Counted from the first letter of the stretch, positions 1 through 8,437 are shown. The stretch: 64,000 nucleotides of DNA from a virus (IMGVR_UViG_3300048672_000851:13495-77494), one strand, 5' to 3'. Made by a program: numbers and translations. Notes: a model not told the origin generated them from the sequence alone.

Positions 1-22
1 TATCTTCAAAAAGGAAACTACC

Positions 23-262
23 ATGTCAGAATTACAAACCAAATACGCAAATGTTCCTCATGCTACCGTTGAATTGATTCACGGAATTCCAGTAGAAAAC
101 TACAAAGAACAAGAGTTAGTTGATTTGATCAACAAAGCTCAACATGAACTTGAACAAGCTAAGAAATTAGCTGATGTAAGCACTCGCATGAAAAACAAAT
201 GCGAACGTCTGGAAACAAACATCAAAGTGTACATCGAAGCTCTGGATAAGTTACCAGAGTAA
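23..262 (+). CDS. hypothetical coiled-coil protein (79 aa)
   Basis: ORF with SD AAGGA, heptad-like C-terminal half. Confidence 0.8.
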   Translation: MSELQTKYANVPHATVELIHGIPVENYKEQELVDLINKAQHELEQAKKLADVSTRMKNKCERLETNIKVYIEALDKLPE

Positions 263-364
263 CCTTTTGTCCTAGGGAGCGAGTAACTACATTAAGCATA
301 AGTTATGCATTGTTACTTGGATAGGGAGTATCTCCCATCCTCTCCCTCTTTTATTCCTGCACAA

Positions 365-397
365 AGCCAGTTAGTTAATTCTAACTGGTTTTTTTTT
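365..397 (+). terminator. intrinsic terminator
   Basis: agccagttag/ctaactggtt stem followed by a T run. Confidence 0.85.
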
Positions 398-410
398 AGC
401 TGAGGTTTAT

Positions 411-719
411 GTGTCTGATGAACCAAAAGTAGTTACCATTGATATTTTACAAGATTACAGAAACCAGAACATTGTTACTTTAAGAGAAAAAATGTTTGCT
501 GAGTTAGCTACTTTTGGCAATAGTAAAACTAAGTTAAACATAAGTGATTACGTAGTTAGGTCTAAAAGAACCAATAAAGACTTTAGGTTAACTGTTAGCC
601 AAACAATAGATTTAATTCAGTTAGCTTTAGATTTATCTGAAAGTGTTTTATTTGAAGACAATGAAAACACAACTGAATTAGCTTCACAAATTCTAGAAAA
701 AATTAAGGATTCACAATGA
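411..719 (+). CDS. hypothetical protein
   Basis: ORF with GTG start after GAGGT; ATGA overlap with next gene. Confidence 0.7.
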   Translation: MSDEPKVVTIDILQDYRNQNIVTLREKMFAELATFGNSKTKLNISDYVVRSKRTNKDFRLTVSQTIDLIQLALDLSESVLFEDNENTTELASQILEKIKDSQ

Positions 720-1324
720 ATACTGGTTTTATTAATGGTTATCGTTGGGGTATTGAGTATCCGACGAATGGTAAGAAGCCGGATTTGGCGAATGATGTTT
801 TAGTAGACGTTAAATGTAAAAAGGGTAGCGGCGAATGGCAGGGCTGGACAGATATGACGGTTGCAGATACCGCATGGACAGAAGCACAAAATTATATCTC
901 AGCTACAAGTTTTAAGATTATCGACGAACGCTACAAACCATCAGATACGAGCTATTTAGACGCGCCAAATGTCAAGGAATCCTTGATGGATGAGTGGTAC
1001 GACTACGACAACCAAAAAGCGATTGCGTTGCCTAAGGCTGGTGAGTATTGCCAAGTTTATTTAAACGGTTGGTATAACTGCTACATCGTCGGGCTTGATG
1101 ATTTAGGTGGTTGCGTGTTCAGAAAAGATGGGGAGTATATGCAGCGAATTACGGATGATTCATTCCGCCCGCTTGACCACAACCGCAAATCTGAAGCAGA
1201 GAAAAAGCGGGTTGTTGATGCTGCCATGTCAATAGTTGTTGATGCGCATATGTTAGAGGACATTCTTGGTTCTTTATACGACGCAGGCTATTTGAGACTG
1301 CCAGATACAGATAAAGGGGAATAA
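716..1324 (+). CDS. hypothetical phage protein
   Basis: 202-aa ORF coupled to the upstream gene; codon usage richer in G/C than its neighbours. Confidence 0.8.
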   Translation: MNTGFINGYRWGIEYPTNGKKPDLANDVLVDVKCKKGSGEWQGWTDMTVADTAWTEAQNYISATSFKIIDERYKPSDTSYLDAPNVKESLMDEWYDYDNQKAIALPKAGEYCQVYLNGWYNCYIVGLDDLGGCVFRKDGEYMQRITDDSFRPLDHNRKSEAEKKRVVDAAMSIVVDAHMLEDILGSLYDAGYLRLPDTDKGE

Positions 1325-1333
1325 ATCCCCTTT
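1313..1333. terminator. hairpin between convergent genes, likely bidirectional terminator
   Basis: aaagggga-ataaa-tccccttt between convergent stop codons. Confidence 0.7.
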
Positions 1334-1335
1334 GC

Positions 1336-1485
1336 TTATTCTGTAGTAGGTTCTTCAATCATAACTTCTAGCATTTTAGTACCATGTTTTTGAAACTCAT
1401 AAAACCAATACTTTAATGCCATTAGTTCAACTGTATTCTCAGGTGCTACTACCATTGTGCCATCTGGTTTAAATTGAAGTACCAT
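1336..1485 (-). CDS. 49-aa hypothetical protein (MVLQFKPDGTMVVAPENTVELMALKYWFYEFQKHGTKMLEVMIEEPTTE), not in ORF track
   Basis: Hand translation; ATG 2 nt after the stop of the 1488-2204 gene; ends at the terminator hairpin. Confidence 0.7.
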   Translation of the reverse strand: MVLQFKPDGTMVVAPENTVELMALKYWFYEFQKHGTKMLEVMIEEPTTE

Positions 1486-1487
1486 AG

Positions 1488-2204
1488 CTAAACACTCACA
1501 TTAGTAGGATTAGCAGTTTGTTGAGTACCAACACCTGTTGATCCTACTACAACACTACTGTTAGTTGCTCTCGCAATCTGACCAACACCACCTAACAAAT
1601 TATTCAATTGCCATTGAAGATACTGCATCTGTTGTTGTTGCTGTGATTGCTGTTGGTTCATACCAATAGTAATTGTGTTAGTGTTTACGATTTCACGATT
1701 AATACTACGTTGTTCACTTTCACGTAGTTGTGCAACAGTTAATTGTTGCTCTAAATCAGCAATACGATTACTTGTAATTAAAGCTCGTGTTGCTTGTCCA
1801 TCAGCATAGATTGCTTGTTGAACAACAGTACTTTGTCTATCAACATTAGTATCTACTGTACCAATTTCACGACTTAAACTTGCTGCTAAATTAGCTTGAG
1901 CCAATGCAAATGCATTTTGATTTTGCATGATGTTTTGAGTACTAGCATTAATGTTTTGGTTCACTGTAGCAGTTGCACCAGCTAATGCTAATTGTACTTG
2001 TGCTTCATTAAATGGTATTGACGCTTTAATATCACCTAATGTTTGCTGGTTAATTGTTTCATTAGTAACAACATTATCTTGGTTTCCAAATAAACCAACA
2101 CGACCAAGTAATAAACCTAATAACAATCCACCACCTAAACCACCGTCCATACCACCACCAGAACCAAGACGACCAACAATATCACCTTCAGTAAAAGTTG
2201 CCAT
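1488..2204 (-). CDS. Gly-rich hydrophobic N-terminus / coiled-coil / Q-N-rich protein of unknown function
   Basis: SD GGAG before the ATG at 2204 (ORF track start 2216); GGGLLLGLLLG segment, DGQATRALITSN motif, poly-Q stretch. Confidence 0.85.
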   Translation of the reverse strand: MATFTEGDIVGRLGSGGGMDGGLGGGLLLGLLLGRVGLFGNQDNVVTNETINQQTLGDIKASIPFNEAQVQLALAGATATVNQNINASTQNIMQNQNAFALAQANLAASLSREIGTVDTNVDRQSTVVQQAIYADGQATRALITSNRIADLEQQLTVAQLRESEQRSINREIVNTNTITIGMNQQQSQQQQQMQYLQWQLNNLLGGVGQIARATNSSVVVGSTGVGTQQTANPTNVSV

Positions 2205-2282
2205 GATTAACTCCATTAATTAGCGCAACACGCGCATGTAAGTTATAGTCTGATTTCACTTCTACATATCAGGCCAACTAAA

Positions 2283-2465
2283 ATGTCACAGCATTACGTT
2301 ACTAAAGACGGTTTATGCTCGTACTGTGGTTCTCGATTAACTCAATGTCCTATTTGTCTTGAATGGTTCTTATCTAAAAGTAAAAACCATTTAATCTGTA
2401 CCAGTCGGTGCAGGACTAGAAAACATAGGAATAAAATTAACAACTTAGTGGATAAACAAACATGA
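2283..2465 (+). CDS. small Cys-rich (Zn-finger-like) protein
   Basis: CSYC, CPIC and CTSRC motifs plus a basic tail; ATGA overlap with next gene. Confidence 0.6.
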   Translation: MSQHYVTKDGLCSYCGSRLTQCPICLEWFLSKSKNHLICTSRCRTRKHRNKINNLVDKQT

Positions 2466-2836
2466 AAGATTTTAAAAAGTTAGATATGCAACAGCATGTG
2501 CGAGTTAAATTGCAAACCAATACACATTTAGATAAACCATTAGTTATTGGTGATCCACCAAACTTACTTAATGCCCAATGTGCTAATTGGACTGATGTTG
2601 TTGTGGTTGATGGTAAAGCTTATGACAAAGAAGCTGTAGCTCGTTTATTGATGCAGCTTAGTTTAGCTAAAACTAAAAATGAAATTCTTATTGATGCTTT
2701 AGATGGTGCAGCTAAAACAGTTGGCTTCTTGTCTTATCATCTTCGTGGCAGAGTTGCAGAAGAAGCTTTACTTGATATGGCTGCTAAAGCAGACGAATGG
2801 GCTAGTGTTGTAAAATCAGCTTCAGCACAGGAGTAA
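2462..2836 (+). CDS. hypothetical protein
   Basis: ORF in a tightly packed operon. Confidence 0.75.
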   Translation: MKDFKKLDMQQHVRVKLQTNTHLDKPLVIGDPPNLLNAQCANWTDVVVVDGKAYDKEAVARLLMQLSLAKTKNEILIDALDGAAKTVGFLSYHLRGRVAEEALLDMAAKADEWASVVKSASAQE

Positions 2837-2839
2837 ATC

Positions 2840-3319
2840 ATGGAACAACATAAACAAATTCAAATGTATATTGGTTTTGAAGAAGGTGGATGCCAAGATA
2901 TAGCCACGATAAAACTAGAAGGCTTCAGCCTAGTCGCAAACAACGAACTAGAAGCACTTAAAGCCGAGCGCGATGCGTTGGTGGCTCAGGTTGAGATTCT
3001 TAAAAACGCTGGCAATGAAGTCTATGATGAGCTTCAGCAGTGGGCTTTGACTGAAAGTCATAAGGAAACTGATAAAGCATTCCGCTTGTGGCTTAAAGCT
3101 AGAAAGCAATCACCGCAACAACACCTCGCCGAAATCCGCGCTGATGCGTCTGTCAGCGGCTACTACCAAGGTTTTAAAGATGGTCTTGTGATTGAATGTC
3201 CACGACCAGATGGCACAAATACTGCGTCTCCTATCAATTATCAGCAAGTGGCTATTGAGAATGCAGCTCGAATGAGAACCAGCCAATACGCCGCCAAAGT
3301 GCGCCAAGGCGGCCAGTGA
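2840..3319 (+). CDS. hypothetical protein with coiled coil
   Basis: SD AGGAG; LEALKAERDALVAQVE coiled coil. Confidence 0.75.
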   Translation: MEQHKQIQMYIGFEEGGCQDIATIKLEGFSLVANNELEALKAERDALVAQVEILKNAGNEVYDELQQWALTESHKETDKAFRLWLKARKQSPQQHLAEIRADASVSGYYQGFKDGLVIECPRPDGTNTASPINYQQVAIENAARMRTSQYAAKVRQGGQ

Positions 3320-3516
3320 TGCTTAATTACCATCAAGCATTAGGTCGTGCATTTCACGAACTTCAATCAACTTTTATTAAATTATTAAGAAGACATTCTT
3401 TATCTTTTATTGAAAAAATTGCTGGAGTTAAGTGCGGTGAAAATTTATTGCTTGTAGATATTCTTCAAGCTCAAAGAAAATTAAACAACTACTTTAAAAG
3501 AGAACTGTCTAAATGA
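3316..3516 (+). CDS. hypothetical protein
   Basis: Overlap-coupled ORF. Confidence 0.6.
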   Translation: MMLNYHQALGRAFHELQSTFIKLLRRHSLSFIEKIAGVKCGENLLLVDILQAQRKLNNYFKRELSK

Positions 3517-3740
3517 ACGGTATGTTAATAGCTTCCACTATTCAAATTGTTCCTTATAAGATTTATGGATTAACCATGTATGCTGTAGAAGGTTTATCTA
3601 TGAATTCTTATGAAGACTTTCAATTAGTTCAATTAAAATGGTTTTACAATAGTAATCTTGCTGTTAAGTACGTAGAACGTCATATGCAATTTTACAATAT
3701 TGTACAAGACCGTGAAATCAACCAACGTTTAAGGAATTAA
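3513..3740 (+). CDS. hypothetical protein
   Basis: ATGA-coupled ORF. Confidence 0.65.
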   Translation: MNGMLIASTIQIVPYKIYGLTMYAVEGLSMNSYEDFQLVQLKWFYNSNLAVKYVERHMQFYNIVQDREINQRLRN

Positions 3741-3744
3741 TATA

Positions 3745-3870
3745 ATGACAAATATCTACACAAACAATCCAAAAGGTTTCTTACAAACACAACGTACATT
3801 AGTTTCATTGTGTGTTGAATTAGCAATCATTCAAATGCGTAATGAAAGCTGGAAACGTCCGTTAGTTTAA
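3745..3870 (+). CDS. 41-aa hypothetical protein (MTNIYTNNPKGFLQ...WKRPLV), not in ORF track
   Basis: Hand translation; SD AAGGA; fills the gap between genes. Confidence 0.6.
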   Translation: MTNIYTNNPKGFLQTQRTLVSLCVELAIIQMRNESWKRPLV

Positions 3871-3882
3871 AAGGTCAATCTT

Positions 3883-4131
3883 ATGTTGAACCAGCAAGAC
3901 TTGAAAGAAATTGAAATCCAAGAAAACATTAAGCTAATCAACATGCAGTGGCATCTAGTTAAAAGTAATACTGCTGGCTTAATGTTTGTATGTCCTGTTA
4001 TTGGTGGTTGGTTAGTTAAAGAAGTTCAGAATGTAATTACACCTACTGAGCGAAGTAGCTTTAACACAGGCTATAGCTACACATCTTCAATGGTGTTTGT
4101 TCCTGATCCAAATCATGAATGGTTCTACTAG
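3883..4131 (+). CDS. hypothetical protein
   Basis: ORF; GGWLVK...FVPDPNH motif seen in small phage proteins. Confidence 0.7.
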   Translation: MLNQQDLKEIEIQENIKLINMQWHLVKSNTAGLMFVCPVIGGWLVKEVQNVITPTERSSFNTGYSYTSSMVFVPDPNHEWFY

Positions 4132-4132
4132 T

Positions 4133-4636
4133 ATGAATAACAGACCAGTAATCATTGAGCTTATTGAAAAAGGCTACAACAACGCTGAAATCAAATCAGC
4201 TACCCATTGTACTTTACGATACATTCGTAATATCCGGTCAGAGTACAATGACAGTTCGCCCATTCCCAAGCTATCCCGTCATAAGGCACCTGCTGAAAAT
4301 ACCCTAGCCAGAAAAGCCTATGACATGATCAAAGCTAACCCCTTGCTAACAGACAGGGAAATCGCAGATGCTACTGGGATGACTCGTGCAAGCGTATACT
4401 GCACCCGTAGACGGTACTTTGGTATGGTCAACATCAAGCTCAATACCTACCATATTGAGTACGGTACCAACAGTAAAAAAGGTGCTGCCTTAGTCCAAGC
4501 AGCCACACAAAAAGAAGCAGAACACAAGCTAGTCAATGCTTTGTCCTTACCCTTATGGGCAGTAGACAAAGTGTCTATGCTTCGTACATTGCCTGCTGTG
4601 ATGCAATTACAGCATACCGACAGTTACCATTTCTGA
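4133..4636 (+). CDS. HTH DNA-binding protein
   Basis: Two HTH-like segments (GYNNAEIKSATHCTLRYIRNIR; LTDREIADATGMTRASVYCTRRR); ATG at 4133 just after the upstream stop. Confidence 0.7.
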   Translation: MNNRPVIIELIEKGYNNAEIKSATHCTLRYIRNIRSEYNDSSPIPKLSRHKAPAENTLARKAYDMIKANPLLTDREIADATGMTRASVYCTRRRYFGMVNIKLNTYHIEYGTNSKKGAALVQAATQKEAEHKLVNALSLPLWAVDKVSMLRTLPAVMQLQHTDSYHF

Positions 4637-4644
4637 GGTGTTTT

Positions 4645-5139
4645 ATGAACAAAAGTCCGTTTATTCAAAAAGAACTAGAAATACTACATACTCGACTTCA
4701 TCAAATTGATGAAAACACTTTTATAGATAGCATGTTGCAGATTATCCGCAATGCTACTGGAAAAGTGTACTCACTTCATGTTGATGTAGAAGAAAAGAAA
4801 GAAACCAAACATCCGGTTACTGCTCAAGACTTCTTAGAAGCCATTGCAAAAGTACAAAGTAATCGTGGTGCAGAGTATGAAGAACAAAGTAAAGAAGAAC
4901 GTAGCTTTGCTAAGGTTGCTGCTTCATACAATGCTATTCGTGACACTAATTTAGCTGGTTCAGATATTGCTTTGATCCAAGCACAATTAAAGTTCGTTCG
5001 CCAATACTCTAATCCTGAACGTATTCACCATGATTCATTGTTAGATGCTCCAAGCTACACTGTCTTATGGTCAAGTGAACTCATGGCTGAAGCAGCGGAG
5101 AAACAACAATGTCTGAAAACAAACCCTTCTTCCGAATAG
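4645..5139 (+). CDS. DUF6378-like (dATP/dGTP diphosphohydrolase-related) protein
   Basis: RGAEY...ERSFAKVA...LKFVR...HHDSLLD..SY pattern; SD GAGGTG before ATG 4645. Confidence 0.55.
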   Translation: MNKSPFIQKELEILHTRLHQIDENTFIDSMLQIIRNATGKVYSLHVDVEEKKETKHPVTAQDFLEAIAKVQSNRGAEYEEQSKEERSFAKVAASYNAIRDTNLAGSDIALIQAQLKFVRQYSNPERIHHDSLLDAPSYTVLWSSELMAEAAEKQQCLKTNPSSE

Positions 5140-5291
5140 AAGAAAAAGATAAGTTTTTTCCTTATCTCAAAATTATGGCTGGTGACAAAGAAATCACGTA
5201 TACCGAACTGGTTCATGCTGCTAATGTCATGCGTGACAAGTTAGCTGGGTTCGGTATTCGAGTTGACTTCACTAAAAAGGATAAACAATGA
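5109..5291 (+). CDS. hypothetical protein
   Basis: ORF with SD GGAG. Confidence 0.65.
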   Translation: MSENKPFFRIEEKDKFFPYLKIMAGDKEITYTELVHAANVMRDKLAGFGIRVDFTKKDKQ

Positions 5292-5629
5292 CTCCTGAAC
5301 AGTTTCAAGAAATGACCGATAAAATGACTGTAGAAGAATTCAAAGAATACTGTGTAACGAATAAAATTTCGTTCATTTTATCTTACGCTTCTGATTCAGA
5401 TATTAATAAAGCTGCTGCTTGTAGCTTCTTTATTAACAGTAAAAACGAAGGAAATCTTCAACACGCTATGTCTAAAGAAGCTGCCAGAATCTCAGCAGCT
5501 AGTATGTGTATTAGTAAAAATTTAAAAGATCAAGAACTAATTGCCTTAGTTCAATTTTTAGGTGAATTGGATTTTCAAAAAGCCTATTTACCTAATGAAG
5601 AAGAAGAAACACCGAAATACTTAAATTAG
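5288..5629 (+). CDS. hypothetical protein
   Basis: ORF with SD AAGGA. Confidence 0.75.
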   Translation: MTPEQFQEMTDKMTVEEFKEYCVTNKISFILSYASDSDINKAAACSFFINSKNEGNLQHAMSKEAARISAASMCISKNLKDQELIALVQFLGELDFQKAYLPNEEEETPKYLN

Positions 5630-5641
5630 GTTACAATATGT

Positions 5642-5670
5642 TTGACATTGTACGCTCCGCGTACTAATAT
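5642..5670 (+). promoter_or_regulatory. sigma70-like promoter (TTGACA-N17-TAATAT) with an N4 vRNAP-type hairpin in its spacer
   Basis: TTGACA 5642-5647; TAATAT 5665-5670; gtacgc-TCC-gcgtac 5650-5664. Confidence 0.65.
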
Positions 5671-5715
5671 TGATTAAAGGCTGTTAATTAGCCCTTATCA
5701 ATAACGAGGTGTAAC

Positions 5716-5832
5716 ATGGATTATGAATTTCTGAATGATGTTGAAGAAACATCTGAAGTAACTCAAGATAATTCCGACCTGTATACCTTCACTATCGAAG
5801 GTGACAAAGTTGAAACTATCTTTGAAGTTTAA
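5716..5832 (+). CDS. 38-aa highly acidic microprotein (MDYEFLNDVEETSEVTQDNSDLYTFTIEGDKVETIFEV), not in ORF track
   Basis: Hand translation; strong SD GAGGTG; own promoter and terminator; 12 D/E versus 1 K. Confidence 0.8.
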   Translation: MDYEFLNDVEETSEVTQDNSDLYTFTIEGDKVETIFEV

Positions 5833-5849
5833 CTACCAAACGCTGGTCT

Positions 5850-5882
5850 AAAAGCCCTGACTAGTTCAGGGCTTTTTATTTT
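5850..5882 (+). terminator. intrinsic terminator
   Basis: aaaagccctga/tcagggctttt stem plus T tract. Confidence 0.85.
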
Positions 5883-5907
5883 GTAGTACCTAAATCAAAG
5901 AACTCCT

Positions 5908-6054
5908 ATGAACGAATTTTTACTTAATAACCCGTGGGTTATCCTAGCTGCTATGGTATTAGCTGGTGCAGCTACTATTATGGCCGCTACTTTAGCAGTC
6001 TTTTGGTTTGGTTATTTAATTACCTATCCATTTCGCACAAAAGACTATCGCTGA
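5908..6054 (+). CDS. 48-aa membrane peptide, not in ORF track
   Basis: Hand translation MNEFLLNNPWVILAAMVLAGAATIMAATLAVFWFGYLITYPFRTKDYR; long hydrophobic span. Confidence 0.55.
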   Translation: MNEFLLNNPWVILAAMVLAGAATIMAATLAVFWFGYLITYPFRTKDYR

Positions 6055-6167
6055 ATACAATCCGTATTTCAATTAAATTACAATCTCAATGACAAACACT
6101 TATTTAGTCTGGTAGCATTACTAGGCCAGACATGGCGTTTTCCCTGTGAGGTTGTGTGTTTACACAA

Positions 6168-6198
6168 AAGGCTATTCAAATTGAATAGCCTTATTTTT
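6168..6198 (+). terminator. intrinsic terminator
   Basis: aaggctattcaa/ttgaatagcctt stem plus T-rich tail. Confidence 0.75.
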
Positions 6199-6211
6199 AT
6201 CGGAAACACTA

Positions 6212-6394
6212 ATGGCTTACTCACTTATAGTTGTCTTATTTATTGGTTCCACTCCTGTTCTCTATGAACAACCCAAATCCACTAAAGAACAATGTCTACT
6301 TGAAGCCAAACAAGTTAAACGTACATTCAGACAACTTAAGTTTGTGTTTCCTAACTTATTTGTTCAATCAGCCTACTGCATGGAGATCAAATGA
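6212..6394 (+). CDS. small hypothetical protein with hydrophobic N-terminus
   Basis: ORF; ATGA overlap with next gene. Confidence 0.65.
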   Translation: MAYSLIVVLFIGSTPVLYEQPKSTKEQCLLEAKQVKRTFRQLKFVFPNLFVQSAYCMEIK

Positions 6395-6807
6395 ATAAAC
6401 TTGAAAAAGGATCTGAGTATGAAATTACAGCTATTATGTTGTTTCCTACTCCAACTCCTAGTTGCAATGTCATTGAAGTAAGTACATCAAAATACACAGT
6501 AACAGAAATGATTAACCCACTTACTTCTGTATACCAACTGGTTTCAGAATGGGGAACTGTTACTGAACGAACTGTATTTGTGTTTGATCCAAAATACTTC
6601 AAAAGTATCTCTAAAAGCCTTTGTGGTTGTTCTTTCTATGTTCCAGAAGAACATAAGCAAGAGTTTATCAAACTAGTTTATGATTTACTGAAATCTAATA
6701 AAATGGATTTAATTAAATCTGTTACTGAACAACTCAATGCAGTTAAAAACAACTACAAAGAGTTCTGTAAGAAAAACCCAGAGGAATTATCTATCTATGA
6801 CCTCTAA
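6391..6807 (+). CDS. hypothetical protein
   Basis: ORF with SD GGAG. Confidence 0.75.
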   Translation: MNKLEKGSEYEITAIMLFPTPTPSCNVIEVSTSKYTVTEMINPLTSVYQLVSEWGTVTERTVFVFDPKYFKSISKSLCGCSFYVPEEHKQEFIKLVYDLLKSNKMDLIKSVTEQLNAVKNNYKEFCKKNPEELSIYDL

Positions 6808-7369
6808 GCCAACAATCATTGTTAAAAAAGCTGAACGTAATACTCAAGCCATGTACAATAAGTGGTGGGAAGAAAAGGCTTTAGTTTTCTTTAGCAATAT
6901 TAATACAGTACCTATGCTTATGCATCTCGGTACTGCATTAACCTATCCTGACTCTAAGGTAAGAGAGCAGTCAATTAATAACGGTGTATTTCCATACCGT
7001 ATTTACATTGGTTCTACTTTTAGCGAAGATGGACAGGATTATTTCAATTACCAAGAGTTAACTACAGTACCTAAACACTTAACTTATAACCAATTCAAAG
7101 ATTTGGTTAAAGATAAACTTCGTGCTTCAGGTGTTGCTTTAGGTAACAAGTTAATCAACCAATTTCACATTGTCATTCCATTAGGTTATGAGTTAACTGA
7201 AGAATACTTAGGTAAGCTTCTTAATGAATACCGAGTATGGACACCACTAGGAAACATGATCCATGAGTCAACTACACTTCCAACTGTTATCCAAAACATT
7301 ATCGCCAGCACAGTTAACCACTATGTTGCAACTTCAACACGAAACCAACTGCGCTCTAATCGACCCTAA
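6797..7369 (+). CDS. hypothetical protein
   Basis: ORF track 6737-7369; likely start ATG 6797 after GAGG. Confidence 0.7.
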   Translation: MTSKPTIIVKKAERNTQAMYNKWWEEKALVFFSNINTVPMLMHLGTALTYPDSKVREQSINNGVFPYRIYIGSTFSEDGQDYFNYQELTTVPKHLTYNQFKDLVKDKLRASGVALGNKLINQFHIVIPLGYELTEEYLGKLLNEYRVWTPLGNMIHESTTLPTVIQNIIASTVNHYVATSTRNQLRSNRP

Positions 7370-8039
7370 CTATTTAATCACTCGTGATGAAAAAGTAGAC
7401 TTCCTGCTTGCAGCAGAACAAGAAGCTTCTGAAGCTATTGATCACTTGGATTGGAAATGGTGGGCTAAAAACCCAGCACCATTAGACTTGTGCCAATTAC
7501 AATTGGAATTCATTGATGTAATTCACTTTGCATTATCTCAATGTATGATTGATGGTCATAACTTTATTTTAAGTCGTGGTTCAACTAACGTTGATGAAGT
7601 CTTCAAAGTATTTGAAGAAAAAGTTGCTACACTAATTACATCTCAATTTGGCAACGAAATGACTCAACGAATTACAGAAGATGTAGGCATTGACTCATTT
7701 GACACAACGATTATTTCAATGCTTCGTCAGATGAAAGTATGTTGTTTAGATTACCAAGCTGCACCTTTGTTGATAAATGCTTTGATTGCCTGTCATATCA
7801 CTGGCATGACACCAGAAGACGTTTACACTACCTATGTCAAAAAGGCTGTGTTAAACCGCTTCCGTCGAGCCAATGGTTACAAAGAAGGCACCTACAACAA
7901 GCTGTGGTCTGGTCTTGAAGATAACGTGTATTTGGACACCGTAGCTTCTACGATTGATCCTAATGACCCCAACTACGTGAATAGCCTGTATTCTCAACTG
8001 ACTATGGAATACGCTGCTCACAACCAACAACAACACTAA
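7263..8039 (+). CDS. dut: dimeric (all-alpha) dUTPase
   Basis: EASEAIDHLDWKWW, LEFIDVIHF and LNRFRRANGYKEGTYNKLWSGLEDN motifs of the dUTPase_2 family. Confidence 0.85.
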   Translation: MSQLHFQLLSKTLSPAQLTTMLQLQHETNCALIDPNYLITRDEKVDFLLAAEQEASEAIDHLDWKWWAKNPAPLDLCQLQLEFIDVIHFALSQCMIDGHNFILSRGSTNVDEVFKVFEEKVATLITSQFGNEMTQRITEDVGIDSFDTTIISMLRQMKVCCLDYQAAPLLINALIACHITGMTPEDVYTTYVKKAVLNRFRRANGYKEGTYNKLWSGLEDNVYLDTVASTIDPNDPNYVNSLYSQLTMEYAAHNQQQH

Positions 8040-8042
8040 TGT

Positions 8043-8071
8043 ATAGGGGGGCTTAGGCTCCCCTATTTTTT
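8043..8071 (+). terminator. intrinsic terminator
   Basis: ataggggggc/gctcccctat stem plus T run. Confidence 0.8.
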
Positions 8072-8081
8072 AGGGAATTTT

Positions 8082-8423
8082 ATGATCCTCTACCAAGACA
8101 ACACCCCTATTCCTGTAACCGTTAAATCTCCCTCTTCATTCGGCTTTGTACGGCTCTATCACTCATTCTCTGGCAAGTATATTGCTACCCTACCTGCTCG
8201 CTTTGTACGTCAAAAGGTAGGCTCTATTACGTACAATGACCACGTTTATCGCTGGATGGATTACAACGGTTCTGTTATTGAAAAAGACGGTACGATTTAC
8301 ATTATCGGACCCCATCATTACGCATTCTATCTCTGCCCTAAAAATACTTGGAAAGAAAGTGCTACTTTCACAAACGAACAATTAAAAATCCAAGCTAGAG
8401 AAGACCGCAAAAATAGAAAGTAA
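8082..8423 (+). CDS. hypothetical protein
   Basis: ORF with SD AGGGA. Confidence 0.7.
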   Translation: MILYQDNTPIPVTVKSPSSFGFVRLYHSFSGKYIATLPARFVRQKVGSITYNDHVYRWMDYNGSVIEKDGTIYIIGPHHYAFYLCPKNTWKESATFTNEQLKIQAREDRKNRK

Positions 8424-8437
8424 GCTCCGCTTACTTT
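8417..8437 (+). promoter_or_regulatory. N4 vRNAP-type hairpin promoter
   Basis: aaagtaagc-TCC-gcttacttt; template strand reads GC-GGA-GC as in N4 early promoters. Confidence 0.65.

Noticed and set aside
716-1324. Atypical codon usage as a mobile element
   Set aside because: Consistent with ordinary phage mosaicism; no transposase or terminal repeats
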